Positions 1 through 9,178 of a DNA stretch of 52,474 nt are shown in pieces. The DNA comes from Candidatus Limnocylindria bacterium. Lineage in GTDB: Bacteria > Chloroflexota > Limnocylindria > QHBO01. Under the pieces are notes generated by a model, which saw only the letters and a list, made by a program, of their open reading frames with translations, ran no database searches and was not told where the DNA came from. Both the position numbers and the translations under genes were made by a program. The stretch is from the NCBI GenBank assembly GCA_041499395.1, contig JBGQKH010000003.1, forward strand, positions 1-52,474, given 5' to 3'. Each line of letters starts with the position of its first letter. Position 1 is the first letter of the stretch.

Positions 1-245
1 AGCGGGTTGCGCTGGATCCCCTTGATGATGGCGCTGGTGGGTCGCCCGCCGTCGACCGAGACGTTCACGACGCTGGTGCGGCCGGCGCGGTGGTAGAGCA
101 TCTCGAGCGCCTTGGCATCGATCTGGACCGGGATCGAGCCGGTCGACTTGCCGAAGAGCACGCCCGGCACCACGCCGGTGGTGCGCAGGCGCTTGTTCTG
201 CTTGCCGTACACGTCGCGCGCGGCGACGGCGATCTCCAGGTCCAT
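1..245 (-). CDS. rplY: 50S ribosomal protein L25 (N-terminal part; runs off the window)
   Basis: Not in the ORF track. Manual translation from ATG at 245: MDLEIAVAARDVYGKQNKRLRTTGVVPGVLFGKSTGSIPVQID...SAIIKGIQRNP, the L25/CTC signature (R..GK...RLR..G.VPGVlyG...iQr.P). GAGGA SD upstream. Confidence 0.9.
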   Translation of the reverse strand, partial: MDLEIAVAARDVYGKQNKRLRTTGVVPGVLFGKSTGSIPVQIDAKALEMLYHRAGRTSVVNVSVDGGRPTSAIIKGIQRNP

Positions 246-387
246 GGGTGCGGCTTGATCCTCGAGCTGGGCGTCCGGGCGCGGCCGGACGACGGATGCG
301 ACGCTGTGGTGCGGGGCGGCATCGTACCAGCGCGCCGATGGAGCGGCAAGGAGGCGGATCCGGCATCGGTCTAGAATCAGCGGCCGA

Positions 388-1083
388 ATGGCCGGCACGA
401 TCATGATCGTCGAGGATGAGCCCGCGGTCGCGCGCGGGGTGCAGGTGGCGCTGGAGCGCGAGGGATACGCCACCGCCATCGTGGGCACCGGCGAGGAGGC
501 GGTGAAGCGCTTCGCCGACATCGCCCCTGACCTGGTCCTCCTCGACGTGCGCCTGCCGGGGATCGACGGCTTCGAGGTGTGCCGGCAGCTGCGCCGCGAG
601 ACGCGGGCTCCGGTGCTCTTCCTGACGGCCCGCGCCGACGAGGTCGACAAGGTGGTCGGCCTGGAGATCGGCGCCGATGACTACCTGGTCAAGCCGTTCA
701 GCGTGCGGGAGCTGGTGAGCCGCATCAAGGCGCTCCTGCGGCGAGCCTACGGCGAGCTGTCCGATACTCAGACCGGCCGCACCCTCCGCCGCGGGGAGCT
801 GGTGATCGACCTCGAGCGACGCCGCGTGACGCGTGACGGCGAGCGGATCAGCCTGACCACCACTGAGTTCGACCTCTTGCGCCACATGGCCGCCAAGCCG
901 GGTCGTGTCTACACCCGCACCCAGCTGCTCGAGCTGGTGCGCGACTACGAGGCGCTCGAGGCCGACGAGCGGACGATCAACGTCCACATCAGCCACATCC
1001 GCGACAAGATCGAGCCGGACCCCGCCCAGCCGCGCTTCATCAAGACGGTGAGGGGCGTCGGGTATGCATTCAGCGAGGACTGA
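388..1083 (+). CDS. OmpR/PhoB-family response regulator
   Basis: Receiver domain (VEDE, LLDVRLP, GADDYLVKPF) plus winged helix (LTTTEFDLL, RTINVHISHIRDKIE, TVRGVGY). Confidence 0.95.
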   Translation: MAGTIMIVEDEPAVARGVQVALEREGYATAIVGTGEEAVKRFADIAPDLVLLDVRLPGIDGFEVCRQLRRETRAPVLFLTARADEVDKVVGLEIGADDYLVKPFSVRELVSRIKALLRRAYGELSDTQTGRTLRRGELVIDLERRRVTRDGERISLTTTEFDLLRHMAAKPGRVYTRTQLLELVRDYEALEADERTINVHISHIRDKIEPDPAQPRFIKTVRGVGYAFSED

Positions 1084-1099
1084 GCCGCCGTCGGAGCCG

Positions 1100-2593
1100 A
1101 TGGGTGAGCGGGTCCGGCGTCAGCTGGCGTGGTTCCAGCAGCTCAACGCCCGCCTCGTGCTGGCCCTCGCCAGCGTCGCGCTGGTCGCGCTGCTGGTGTC
1201 TGGCCTGGCCCTCAACCAGATCCTCCCCGGCTACTTCCTGGAGCAGGCCACGAGCCGCGCGCACACGGCGGCCCTGTCGACCGGGCTCCTCATGGTGGAC
1301 GACGCGAACCGAGTCGCCGAGTCCCAACCCGACCTGCTCACCGTTCGGGAGCTGCGCGACACGCAGTTTCTTCAGTCCGTGGCCCAGACGGCGGTAAACC
1401 AGCTTGCCCAGGGCACCGTGACCTTCTACTACTTCGGCGGCAGCATCGACGGGACGCAGGCAGCGCGCGCGGAACCCGACGACAAGGCCAAGGCAGACAT
1501 GCGCGCCGCTGGCCTCCGCCCCGACCCGGACGTCCCGCCCCAGACGGTCACGGCGACCCTGACCATGCCGGATCAATCGCCCCCGATCACGTTCGCGATC
1601 ACGGTCTCGGCCCCTTACACCTCGCGGCTCACTACGCTCGAGCGAGTTCGCAGCACGCTCCTCTTTACGGGACTGCTGGCGCTCGTCGCGTCGCTGGTGG
1701 TGGGGATCCCTGCCGCGCGCCGCTTCACCGCCCCGCTGGCGAGGCTGCGGCGCGCATCCAGCCGCCTGGCGCAGGGACAGCTCGACGAGCGGGCGCCGCG
1801 CTCCGATATCGTGGAGATCGACGACTTGGCACGCCAGTTCAACGTCATGGCGGATCGTCTCTCGGAGTCACTACGCCTGCTCGAGGCGGACCGCGACCGG
1901 CTGCGTGAGTTCGTCGCCGACGTGTCGCACGAGCTCCGCACGCCGATCGCCGCGCTGCGCGCGTTCACCGAGCTCCAGGGTGACGGAGAGGTCGACGAGG
2001 CGACGCGCCGCGAGTTCCTCGATCGCTCCAAGGAGCAGATCAGCCGGCTTGAGTGGATGAGCACCAACCTGCTCGACCTGTCTCGGATCGACGCCGGCAT
2101 CTTCCCGCTCGACATGCGCCCCGGCGACCTGCGCGACCCGATTCGCTCGGTGGTCGAGGCGCACGCGGAGCTCGCCGAGCAGCGCGGCGTGTCCCTGATC
2201 AACGAGGTGCCGGCGTCGCCGGTGATCCTCCGCTTCGACCGCGAGCGGATCGTCCAGCTGCTCACCAACCTGGTGGGCAACGGCCTCAAGTTCACGCCCC
2301 GAGGAGGGGAGGTGCGGGTCGAGTTGACCGACGTCCCCGAGGGGGCCACGCTCGTGGTGCGCGACTCGGGTCCCGGGATCCTGGCCGCCGAGCTGCCGCA
2401 TATCTTCGAGCGCTTCTTCCGTGGCACCAACGTCGGGGATGCGCGCGCCTCGGGGAGCGGCCTCGGGCTCGCGATCGCACGCTCGATCGTCGAGATGCAC
2501 GGCGGCGAGATCGAGGCGAGCAGCGTCGTGGGCGCGGGATCGGCCTTCACCGTCCGGCTGCCGAGGCTGGCGGCCGTGGCGGAAGGTCAATGA
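1100..2593 (+). CDS. Membrane sensor histidine kinase (2 TM, HAMP, HisKA, HATPase)
   Basis: H-box DVSHELRTP, N-box NLVGNGLKF, G1 DSGPG, G2 GSGLGLAI. Start placed at ATG 1100 after GGAG; ORF track gives 1064. Confidence 0.93.
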   Translation: MGERVRRQLAWFQQLNARLVLALASVALVALLVSGLALNQILPGYFLEQATSRAHTAALSTGLLMVDDANRVAESQPDLLTVRELRDTQFLQSVAQTAVNQLAQGTVTFYYFGGSIDGTQAARAEPDDKAKADMRAAGLRPDPDVPPQTVTATLTMPDQSPPITFAITVSAPYTSRLTTLERVRSTLLFTGLLALVASLVVGIPAARRFTAPLARLRRASSRLAQGQLDERAPRSDIVEIDDLARQFNVMADRLSESLRLLEADRDRLREFVADVSHELRTPIAALRAFTELQGDGEVDEATRREFLDRSKEQISRLEWMSTNLLDLSRIDAGIFPLDMRPGDLRDPIRSVVEAHAELAEQRGVSLINEVPASPVILRFDRERIVQLLTNLVGNGLKFTPRGGEVRVELTDVPEGATLVVRDSGPGILAAELPHIFERFFRGTNVGDARASGSGLGLAIARSIVEMHGGEIEASSVVGAGSAFTVRLPRLAAVAEGQ

Positions 2594-2685
2594 AACTTCA
2601 CCCCTCGCCGCGATCGACCGCAACGCGTGCGTTGCACGATCCAGTCTGACGCCCCGTATTCGAGAGCAGTGAGCAGACACCACCC

Positions 2686-3948
2686 ATGACCGACCGCGAC
2701 GATCCCGCATCCCAACCCGAAGCGCCCGAGGTGCTCCACTACGGACCGCCGTCGAGCCAGCCGATGGGGCCCGTGTCGCAGGCGCCCTCTTGGCCGAGGG
2801 CCGATCCGCCCGCCCCGGAGCAGCGCGAGCGCCATGGCCTCGGCATGCTGCAGGTGGTGACGATCGCCCTGATCACGGCCGTCGTCTCTGGCTCGCTCTC
2901 CGCCGCGGCGGTCGCCAACCTGCTGCGTCCGACCTCCGGGAGCGGGCCGAGCGGCTCGACCGGCACGCCGGTCAGCCAGGTCCACCTCGACGAGTCGAGC
3001 GCGGTGATCACCGCAGTGGCCCGGGTGATGCCGGCGGTCGTGGTGATCACCTCATCGAGCAGCGGCGGCGCGCTCGGCGGCGCGAACGGCGTCGGCTCGG
3101 GCTTCATCTTCGATTCGAACGGCTGGATCCTGACCAACAAGCACGTCGTGAACGGCGCCGACCAGATCAGCGTCCAGCTCAACGACAGTCGCGTCTTCAC
3201 CGGCCGCGTGTACGGGATCGACACCCTCACCGACCTTGCCATCGTGAAGATCGACGCAACCGGGCTCCCGGTCGCTCCACTCGGCTCGAGCGATGACCTC
3301 CAGCTCGGGCAGCTGGCGATCGCCATCGGCAACCCGCTCGGCACGTTCGAGAACACCGTGACGACGGGGGTCGTCTCGGGGCTCGGGCGGCACATCCAGG
3401 CCGGGGACACCGGTGGAAGCTCCTCCGAGCAGCTGAACAACCTGATCCAGACCGATGCCGCCATCAACCCGGGCAACTCGGGCGGTCCGCTCATCAACAG
3501 CGCCGGCCAGGTCATCGGGATCAACACCGCCGTCAACCAGAACGCGCAGGGGATCGGCTTCGCGATCCCGATCAACGTCGCCCGTCCGATTCTCCTGCTG
3601 GCGCTTGCCGGCAAGCAGCTGGCGCGGCCGTGGATCGGGGTCTACTACACCCCGATCGATCAGCAGCTGGCCAAGGAGCAGGGGCTCGCCGTGGACCATG
3701 GCGTGCTGATCGGTCCCGCCGCGAGCGGGGCCCCGGGCGTCTTCCCGGGGAGTCCCGCCGAGAAGGCCGGGCTCAAGGACGGCGACATCGTGGTCGCGGT
3801 CGACGGGCAGGCGATCGACGCGGAGCACGACCTGTCGAGCCGCGTCCTCCCGCACGTGCCTGGCGACACGATCACCCTCTCGGTCGTGCGCGCGTCCGGC
3901 ACGGCCTCGATCAAGGTGACGCTGGGGACGCTGCCCGCGAACCCCTAG
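2686..3948 (+). CDS. htrA: HtrA/DegP-family serine protease with one PDZ domain, membrane-anchored
   Basis: TNKHV (His), DLAIVKI (Asp), QTDAAINPGNSGGPL (Ser), PDZ segment SPAEKAGLKDGDIV, N-terminal TM. Confidence 0.93.
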   Translation: MTDRDDPASQPEAPEVLHYGPPSSQPMGPVSQAPSWPRADPPAPEQRERHGLGMLQVVTIALITAVVSGSLSAAAVANLLRPTSGSGPSGSTGTPVSQVHLDESSAVITAVARVMPAVVVITSSSSGGALGGANGVGSGFIFDSNGWILTNKHVVNGADQISVQLNDSRVFTGRVYGIDTLTDLAIVKIDATGLPVAPLGSSDDLQLGQLAIAIGNPLGTFENTVTTGVVSGLGRHIQAGDTGGSSSEQLNNLIQTDAAINPGNSGGPLINSAGQVIGINTAVNQNAQGIGFAIPINVARPILLLALAGKQLARPWIGVYYTPIDQQLAKEQGLAVDHGVLIGPAASGAPGVFPGSPAEKAGLKDGDIVVAVDGQAIDAEHDLSSRVLPHVPGDTITLSVVRASGTASIKVTLGTLPANP

Positions 3949-4319
3949 CCGGCCTCGCCGTCGCGTCGGCGACGGAGCCGTACCTCAACCGTCTCGAAGG
4001 CCCCGGGCAAGGGGGCCTTCGGCTTTCTCACGCGCGCCTCGACCTCGTCGACCGGGAAGGCGGCAAGCACGGCGTCGGCGATCGCGCCGGCGAGCGCCTC
4101 GAGGAGGTGGAACGAGCGCCCCTCCACGATGCGCCGCGCGACCTCGAAGGCGGCGCCGTAGTCAACGGTATCGGCCAGGTCGTCGCTGGCGGCTGGGCGG
4201 GTCAGGTCGAGGCGAAGGACGAGGTCGACCTCGAACGGCTGGAGCTCCGCTCGCTCCTCGGCCGTGACTCCGTGGCGGCCCTGGAAGCGCATCCCGCGCA
4301 GGGTGATGCGATCGCTCAC
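3945..4319 (-). CDS. folB: Dihydroneopterin aldolase
   Basis: DRITLRGMRFQGRHGV..EER...QPFEVD, DDLADTVDY, LLEALA, VRKPKAP. GTG start overlaps the folP stop (GTGA). Confidence 0.92.
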   Translation of the reverse strand: MSDRITLRGMRFQGRHGVTAEERAELQPFEVDLVLRLDLTRPAASDDLADTVDYGAAFEVARRIVEGRSFHLLEALAGAIADAVLAAFPVDEVEARVRKPKAPLPGAFETVEVRLRRRRDGEAG

Positions 4320-5170
4320 GGATGCCACCGCACGATCCCGTCTGCGACCCGCACGGTGCGTGCGATGGTCGCCACGTCGTGGACCCGGACCATGTCCGCG
4401 CCAGCCGCGATGGCCAGGGCGACGCTGGCCGCGGTCCCCTCGAGGCGCTGATCCGGCGGGGCGCCACCGAGCAGCTCGCCCAGGACCCGCTTGCGGCTCG
4501 TGCCGACCAGCAGGGGCAGGCCGCCGAGCGCCGCCTTGAGCTCGGCGAGGCGGTGGAGGATCTCGATCGAATGGGCCGGGGTCTTGCCGAAGCCGATCCC
4601 CGGGTCGACGATCAGCCGATCCCGCGCAACCCCGGCCGCCATCGCGGCGTCGACCGCCGCCGCGAGCCATCGGACCACCTCATCGAAGACGCCGCCCGGA
4701 TATTCGGCGACCTCCCGGTTGTGCATCAGCACGAGATGCGCGCCCGCCTCGGCGGCGGCGGCCACGGTATCCGCGTCGCGACGCCCCGCCCACACGTCGT
4801 TGACGATCGTGGCACCGGCGGTGAGCGCCTGGCGCGCCACCGACCCCTTGCTCGTATCGATGCTCACCAGGGCCCGGCCGGGAAAGGCGCGCGCGAGGGC
4901 AGCCACCACCGGGACGGCCAGGGCGGCCTCGTCCTCGGCGGCGACCGCAGCATGCTCGCCGTAGAACTGGGCCGGACGGGACGACTCGGCTCCGACATCG
5001 AGGATCTGCGCTCCGCCGGCCACGAACTCGGTCGCCATCGCCAGCGCCGCGGCGACCACCTCAGCCTCGCTGCGGCCCGCCGGGGCGATGCCGTCGCCGG
5101 AGAAGGAGTCCGGCGTCACGTTGACGACGCCCATCACCCACGTCCGCTCCCCCCAGCGCAGCTCGATCAC
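4316..5170 (-). CDS. folP: Dihydropteroate synthase
   Basis: MGVVNVTPDSFSGDG, LDVGAESSRP, SIDT, DPGIGFGK, GTSRKR, VRVHDV. GTG start overlaps the folC stop. Confidence 0.95.
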   Translation of the reverse strand: MIELRWGERTWVMGVVNVTPDSFSGDGIAPAGRSEAEVVAAALAMATEFVAGGAQILDVGAESSRPAQFYGEHAAVAAEDEAALAVPVVAALARAFPGRALVSIDTSKGSVARQALTAGATIVNDVWAGRRDADTVAAAAEAGAHLVLMHNREVAEYPGGVFDEVVRWLAAAVDAAMAAGVARDRLIVDPGIGFGKTPAHSIEILHRLAELKAALGGLPLLVGTSRKRVLGELLGGAPPDQRLEGTAASVALAIAAGADMVRVHDVATIARTVRVADGIVRWHP

Positions 5171-6513
5171 CCGGCCTCCTCCTCGCCGAGGAGCATCCCA
5201 CGAACCGCGCCGACCAGATAGAGCGAGCCGGCCACCACGACCGGCTGATTGGCGCTGAATCGCTGCGCCGCGGCAATTGAGATTGCCTCCTCCGGCGTTG
5301 GCGCCGCGTGGGCTTGTCCCATGCCGATGCGGTGCCACCTGCGTAGGAGCTCCTCCGCCGGCAGCGCCCCCGGGTCGGCGATCCGGGTGAAAATAGGCCT
5401 CGGCTCGAGGGGAGCAAGGGCACGGAGCACGGCGCTGACGCGCTTGCCGCGGGTCGCCCCGAAGACGAGGGGGAATCGGTGCAGCCCGAGCTCGCCCAGC
5501 GAGGCGGCGAGGGCTCGCGCGCCCGCCGGGTTGTGTGCGCCGTCGAGCAGGATCCTGCCGAACCGAGACTCCTTGATGAGCTCCATGCGTCCGGGCCACG
5601 CGGCTCGGCCGAGCCCGCCCCGGATCGCTTCCTCCGTGAGGGTGATCGGGGCGCCGCGCCGCGCCGCGTCTTCCACGAGCGCGTCGAGGAGTGCCAGGGC
5701 GACCGCGGCATTCGCCGCCTGGTGGCTCCCCAGCAGCCCGACCCGTAGCGCTTTCAGCTCGCCGCGCGGCGTCGTCGCGTCCAGCACGAGCCCGTCCCAC
5801 CCGGAGTGACGGACCGATGCGGAATAGGGCTGTCCCGGGCCGGCGCGTCGCAGGGATGCTCCGACGACCTCGCACCGGTCCTGGATGGGAGCCAGGCCTC
5901 GCCCCCGCGCCCCCGTGGCGGCGAGGTTCCCGGCCTTGATGATCGCCGCCTTCTCGCTGCCGATCGAGGCGAGGCTGCTACCGAGCAGCCGCTCGTGGTC
6001 GTGCTGGACGTTCGTGATCGCCGCGACCCCGGCGTCGAGAACGTTGGTCGCGTCGAGCCGGCCGCCCAGGCCGACCTCCACCAGCGCCATGTCGATCTTG
6101 CTGGCGGCCAGCTCGACGAAGGCCGCGGCCGTCAGCGCCTCGAACTCGGTCGGCGGGCCGAGCCGGGCCGTCACGCGATCGATCGCGGGCATCACGGCCG
6201 CCAGCGCGGCGGTGAACCGCTCGCGGCTGATCGGTGCTCCGTCGATCGCGATCCGCTCGCGGTAGCTGATCAGGTGCGGCTTCGGCATGGTGCCGACCCG
6301 CAGCCCGGCCTCGCCCAGGACCGATCGGGCCATCGCCACGACGCTGCCCTTCCCGTTCGTGCCGCCGACCAGCGCCCCATGAAGGCGGCGCTCCGGATGG
6401 TCCAGCTCGGCAAGGAGCGCCTCGATGCGGGCGAGGCCCAGGCTCACCCCGAACCGGCCGCGGCCGCGCAGCGCGGCGACCACCGCGTCATAGTCGAGCT
6501 GGCTGGGGCTCAT
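5167..6513 (-). CDS. folC: Folylpolyglutamate synthase/dihydrofolate synthase
   Basis: GGTNGKGS P-loop, TEFE, EVGLGGRLDATNV, EKAAIIK, WPGRME, DGAHNPAG, GSLYLVG. Start taken as ATG 6513. Confidence 0.95.
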   Translation of the reverse strand: MSPSQLDYDAVVAALRGRGRFGVSLGLARIEALLAELDHPERRLHGALVGGTNGKGSVVAMARSVLGEAGLRVGTMPKPHLISYRERIAIDGAPISRERFTAALAAVMPAIDRVTARLGPPTEFEALTAAAFVELAASKIDMALVEVGLGGRLDATNVLDAGVAAITNVQHDHERLLGSSLASIGSEKAAIIKAGNLAATGARGRGLAPIQDRCEVVGASLRRAGPGQPYSASVRHSGWDGLVLDATTPRGELKALRVGLLGSHQAANAAVALALLDALVEDAARRGAPITLTEEAIRGGLGRAAWPGRMELIKESRFGRILLDGAHNPAGARALAASLGELGLHRFPLVFGATRGKRVSAVLRALAPLEPRPIFTRIADPGALPAEELLRRWHRIGMGQAHAAPTPEEAISIAAAQRFSANQPVVVAGSLYLVGAVRGMLLGEEEAG

Positions 6514-6544
6514 CGACGACGGAAGCCGATCGGTCCCGACCGGC

Positions 6545-7102
6545 TCAGGCTCCCTCGTCCTCGTAGAAGACGCAGTCATGGTACTGGCCGGTCATGCACA
6601 GGTCGCCGACATAGCCGGCGTCGAGGTGGACGCCGCCGCGCAGCTCGCATCGGTTCACGACCCCGTCGCGCTTCATGAGCATCCGGAGCACGCCCGGCGA
6701 GTCGGTGCCGACGCGACCCTTGGCCCCGGAGGTCAGGTAGAAGTGCGGGCACGAGTGGCGGCGCGGCTTCGAGTAGCCGAGCGGCATCCCCCGCCGTCCC
6801 ACGTGCACGGTGAGCGGCTCGGCGGAGCCGGCGAAACGCTTCTCGGCGATGGCGCAGCGGCCCGGCTCGCAGTCGATCTCGTTGTGGCAGCAGGCGCGCG
6901 CCGGTCCCACCCCGTCGACCGCCCAGAGCTCCCAGCAGGGGCGCCGCAGGATGAAGGCCGGACACCGATATCGGATCGTGAGCGAGCAGTTCTCGACCTC
7001 CCAGCACATCGTGCGGCGGTCGCCGGTGGGCCGCTCCGGGGCGAACGGGTCGGCCACCTGGCGCCGGTCCGGGCTGGTCCGGCGCTCGGTCTTGATGATC
7101 AC
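6545..7102 (-). CDS. Cys-rich hypothetical protein with a CW...CPA...CW module, probable metal-binding
   Basis: 185 aa with 12 Cys. Fills the gap between trxA and folC. TAGACT -10 box 6 nt upstream of the GTG. Confidence 0.75.
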   Translation of the reverse strand: MIIKTERRTSPDRRQVADPFAPERPTGDRRTMCWEVENCSLTIRYRCPAFILRRPCWELWAVDGVGPARACCHNEIDCEPGRCAIAEKRFAGSAEPLTVHVGRRGMPLGYSKPRRHSCPHFYLTSGAKGRVGTDSPGVLRMLMKRDGVVNRCELRGGVHLDAGYVGDLCMTGQYHDCVFYEDEGA

Positions 7103-7145
7103 CGGCGGAGTCTAGCGGCTGAGGGGTCCCGCGGACGCAATCGGG

Positions 7146-7472
7146 TCAGGCCAGGAACTCGCGCAGCCGATCCTCCATCGCCGCCTGCGGCATGTAGCCG
7201 ACGACCCGCGCCGCCTCGCGCCCGCCCTTGAAGACGACCATGGTCGGGATGCTGAAGATGCTGTAGCGCATCGCCAGCTGCTGGTTCTCGTCGGTGTTCA
7301 CCTTGGCGGTGGTGAGCTTGTCCGGGTGGGCCTCCCCGATCGCCTCGATCACCGGTGAGACGAGGCGGCATGGGCCGCACCAGGGAGCCCAGAAGTCGAC
7401 CAGCACCGGCTTCTTGGAGTTGAGGACCTCTGCCTCGAAGGTCGAGTCATCGACCGTGATCGGGGCCGTCAT
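7146..7472 (-). CDS. trxA: Thioredoxin
   Basis: VLVDFWAPWCGPC, cis-Pro motif SIPT, GGAGG SD, TGn-TACGAT extended -10 upstream. Confidence 0.97.
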   Translation of the reverse strand: MTAPITVDDSTFEAEVLNSKKPVLVDFWAPWCGPCRLVSPVIEAIGEAHPDKLTTAKVNTDENQQLAMRYSIFSIPTMVVFKGGREAARVVGYMPQAAMEDRLREFLA

Positions 7473-7552
7473 GTTCGTGCGTGACCTCCAGGTCGGGGTG
7501 AGCGGGCGGGCGGGGATCGTAGCACCGGCGAGCTCGCCCTACGAGCCGAGCG

Positions 7553-9172
7553 TTAGCAGGGGGCGCTCGGGCACGGCGTCGGAGTTGCAGGGACGGGTGT
7601 CGGCGTCGGCGACGGCGACGGGACCGGCGTCGGGGTCGGCCCGCTCGAGAGCACGATGTCGACCTGTTTCCCCTTGCCAACCTGCACGCCGGCGGTGGGG
7701 TTCGAGCGGATCACCTCGCCGGCCGGCTGGCCGGACGGCTCGCTCGTGACGGCGCCCAGCACGAGGCCGGCCGCGGTGAGGGTCGTGGTCGCTTCCTGCC
7801 GGGTCTGCCCGAGGAGCACGGGGACCGCCACCTGCTCCTGCCCGGAGCTGACGACGACCTGGATGGTGTCGCCGCTATGCACGCTGGTGCCGGCGGCCGG
7901 ATTTGTCGAAATCACCGTGTCGACCGCGACCGTGTCGCTCGGCTGGGTCTGCTCGACGAGGACGAGACCCCGAGCGTGCGCCTCGGCGCGGACGCCGGCG
8001 ATCGGGCTGCCGACCCAGTTCGGCAGGCTGATGCCGCCGGACGGCGTCGGGGTCGGGTTGTTGGGGCCAAGGCCGCCGAGCACGGACGCCACCAGGAAGC
8101 CGATCGTCGCGAGCAGGATCACCCCGAGGACGGCGAGGAGCCAGACCCACCAGGGCTGAGCATTGCGGCGGGGCGCCGGATAGGCCATCGAGCGGCGGGG
8201 AGGAGGTGGGTTGCCGGGGCCGCCCGGCGGCATGCCGGAGATGGCCGCCCGGTCCGACGGCAGCGTCACGCGGGGCGGGACGTAGACGGTCGGCTCGCCG
8301 GCCGGCGGGATCGCGGCCACGATGGGAGCCGCCGCGGCTCCGACGGCGTCCGGGTTGCGCTGCCAGACGCGGAGCGCCTCGGCGAAGGCACCGGCATCTG
8401 GGAAGCGCCTGGCGGGGTCACGCTCCAGGGCGCGCATCACGATGGCGGAGAGGCCGGGCGGGACCGGGCCGTGGACGGTCGGGGGGAGCGGGTCCTCGGT
8501 CAGGCGCTTGAGCGCCACGCCCGCCGCCGAGTCGCCCTCGAACGGGCGCCGGCCGGTCAGCATCTCGTACAGGACGATGCCCAGGGCGTACACGTCGGAC
8601 TGTCCTGTCACCTCGTCCCCGCGCGCCTGTTCCGGGCTGAAGTAGTGGACCGATCCGAGGGTCGTCCCCGTCACTGTCATCGACGCCTCGGCCACGGCCC
8701 GCGCGATGCCGAAGTCGGTCACCTTCACGTCGTGGTCGATCAGGATGTTCCCCGGCTTCACGTCCCGGTGGACGATCCCGCGCCGATGCGCCGCCTCGAG
8801 CGCCGATGCGACGCCGATCGCGATCCGCACCGCGTCGTCGACCTTCAGCGGGCCGTTCTTCTCGAGGATGGCCGCCAGGTCCTGGCCGTCGATCAGCTGC
8901 ATGACGATGAACTGGCCGCCGGTCTCGGCATCGGTCCCGTAGTCGTAGACCGAGACGATGTTCGGGTGGGAGAGCGAGCCCGCCGATCGGGCCTCCTGCT
9001 TGAAGCGGGCCGCGAAGCCGGGGTCGTTGCCGAACTGGGGGCGGAGCAGCTTGACGGCGACCTCGCGGTCGAGCTGCTCGTCCATGGCGCGCCACAGGGT
9101 GGCCATCCCGCCCTCGCCGAGCGGTGCGATGAGCCGATAGCGCCCGCCGATCAACCGGCCGATCATCTCCAC
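7553..9172 (-). CDS. pknB: PknB-like Ser/Thr protein kinase with TM and two PASTA domains
   Basis: GEGGMA, VAVK, HRDVKPGN, DFGIAR, YFSPEQ, then a TM and two PASTA-like repeats (VISTNPAAG, VIRSNPTAG), Pro/Thr-rich tail. Confidence 0.92.
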   Translation of the reverse strand: MEMIGRLIGGRYRLIAPLGEGGMATLWRAMDEQLDREVAVKLLRPQFGNDPGFAARFKQEARSAGSLSHPNIVSVYDYGTDAETGGQFIVMQLIDGQDLAAILEKNGPLKVDDAVRIAIGVASALEAAHRRGIVHRDVKPGNILIDHDVKVTDFGIARAVAEASMTVTGTTLGSVHYFSPEQARGDEVTGQSDVYALGIVLYEMLTGRRPFEGDSAAGVALKRLTEDPLPPTVHGPVPPGLSAIVMRALERDPARRFPDAGAFAEALRVWQRNPDAVGAAAAPIVAAIPPAGEPTVYVPPRVTLPSDRAAISGMPPGGPGNPPPPRRSMAYPAPRRNAQPWWVWLLAVLGVILLATIGFLVASVLGGLGPNNPTPTPSGGISLPNWVGSPIAGVRAEAHARGLVLVEQTQPSDTVAVDTVISTNPAAGTSVHSGDTIQVVVSSGQEQVAVPVLLGQTRQEATTTLTAAGLVLGAVTSEPSGQPAGEVIRSNPTAGVQVGKGKQVDIVLSSGPTPTPVPSPSPTPTPVPATPTPCPSAPC

Positions 9173-9178
9173 CGCGGG

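Noticed and set aside
270-292. Hairpin GTCCGG-N6-CCGGAC in the rplY leader as an autoregulatory RNA
   Set aside because: A single 6-bp GC stem is expected by chance here; no comparative support available.
7560-7645. Repetitive GGCGTCGG/GGCGAC tract
   Set aside because: Explained by the Pro/Thr-rich coding tail of the kinase; not a CRISPR or DNA-level repeat.
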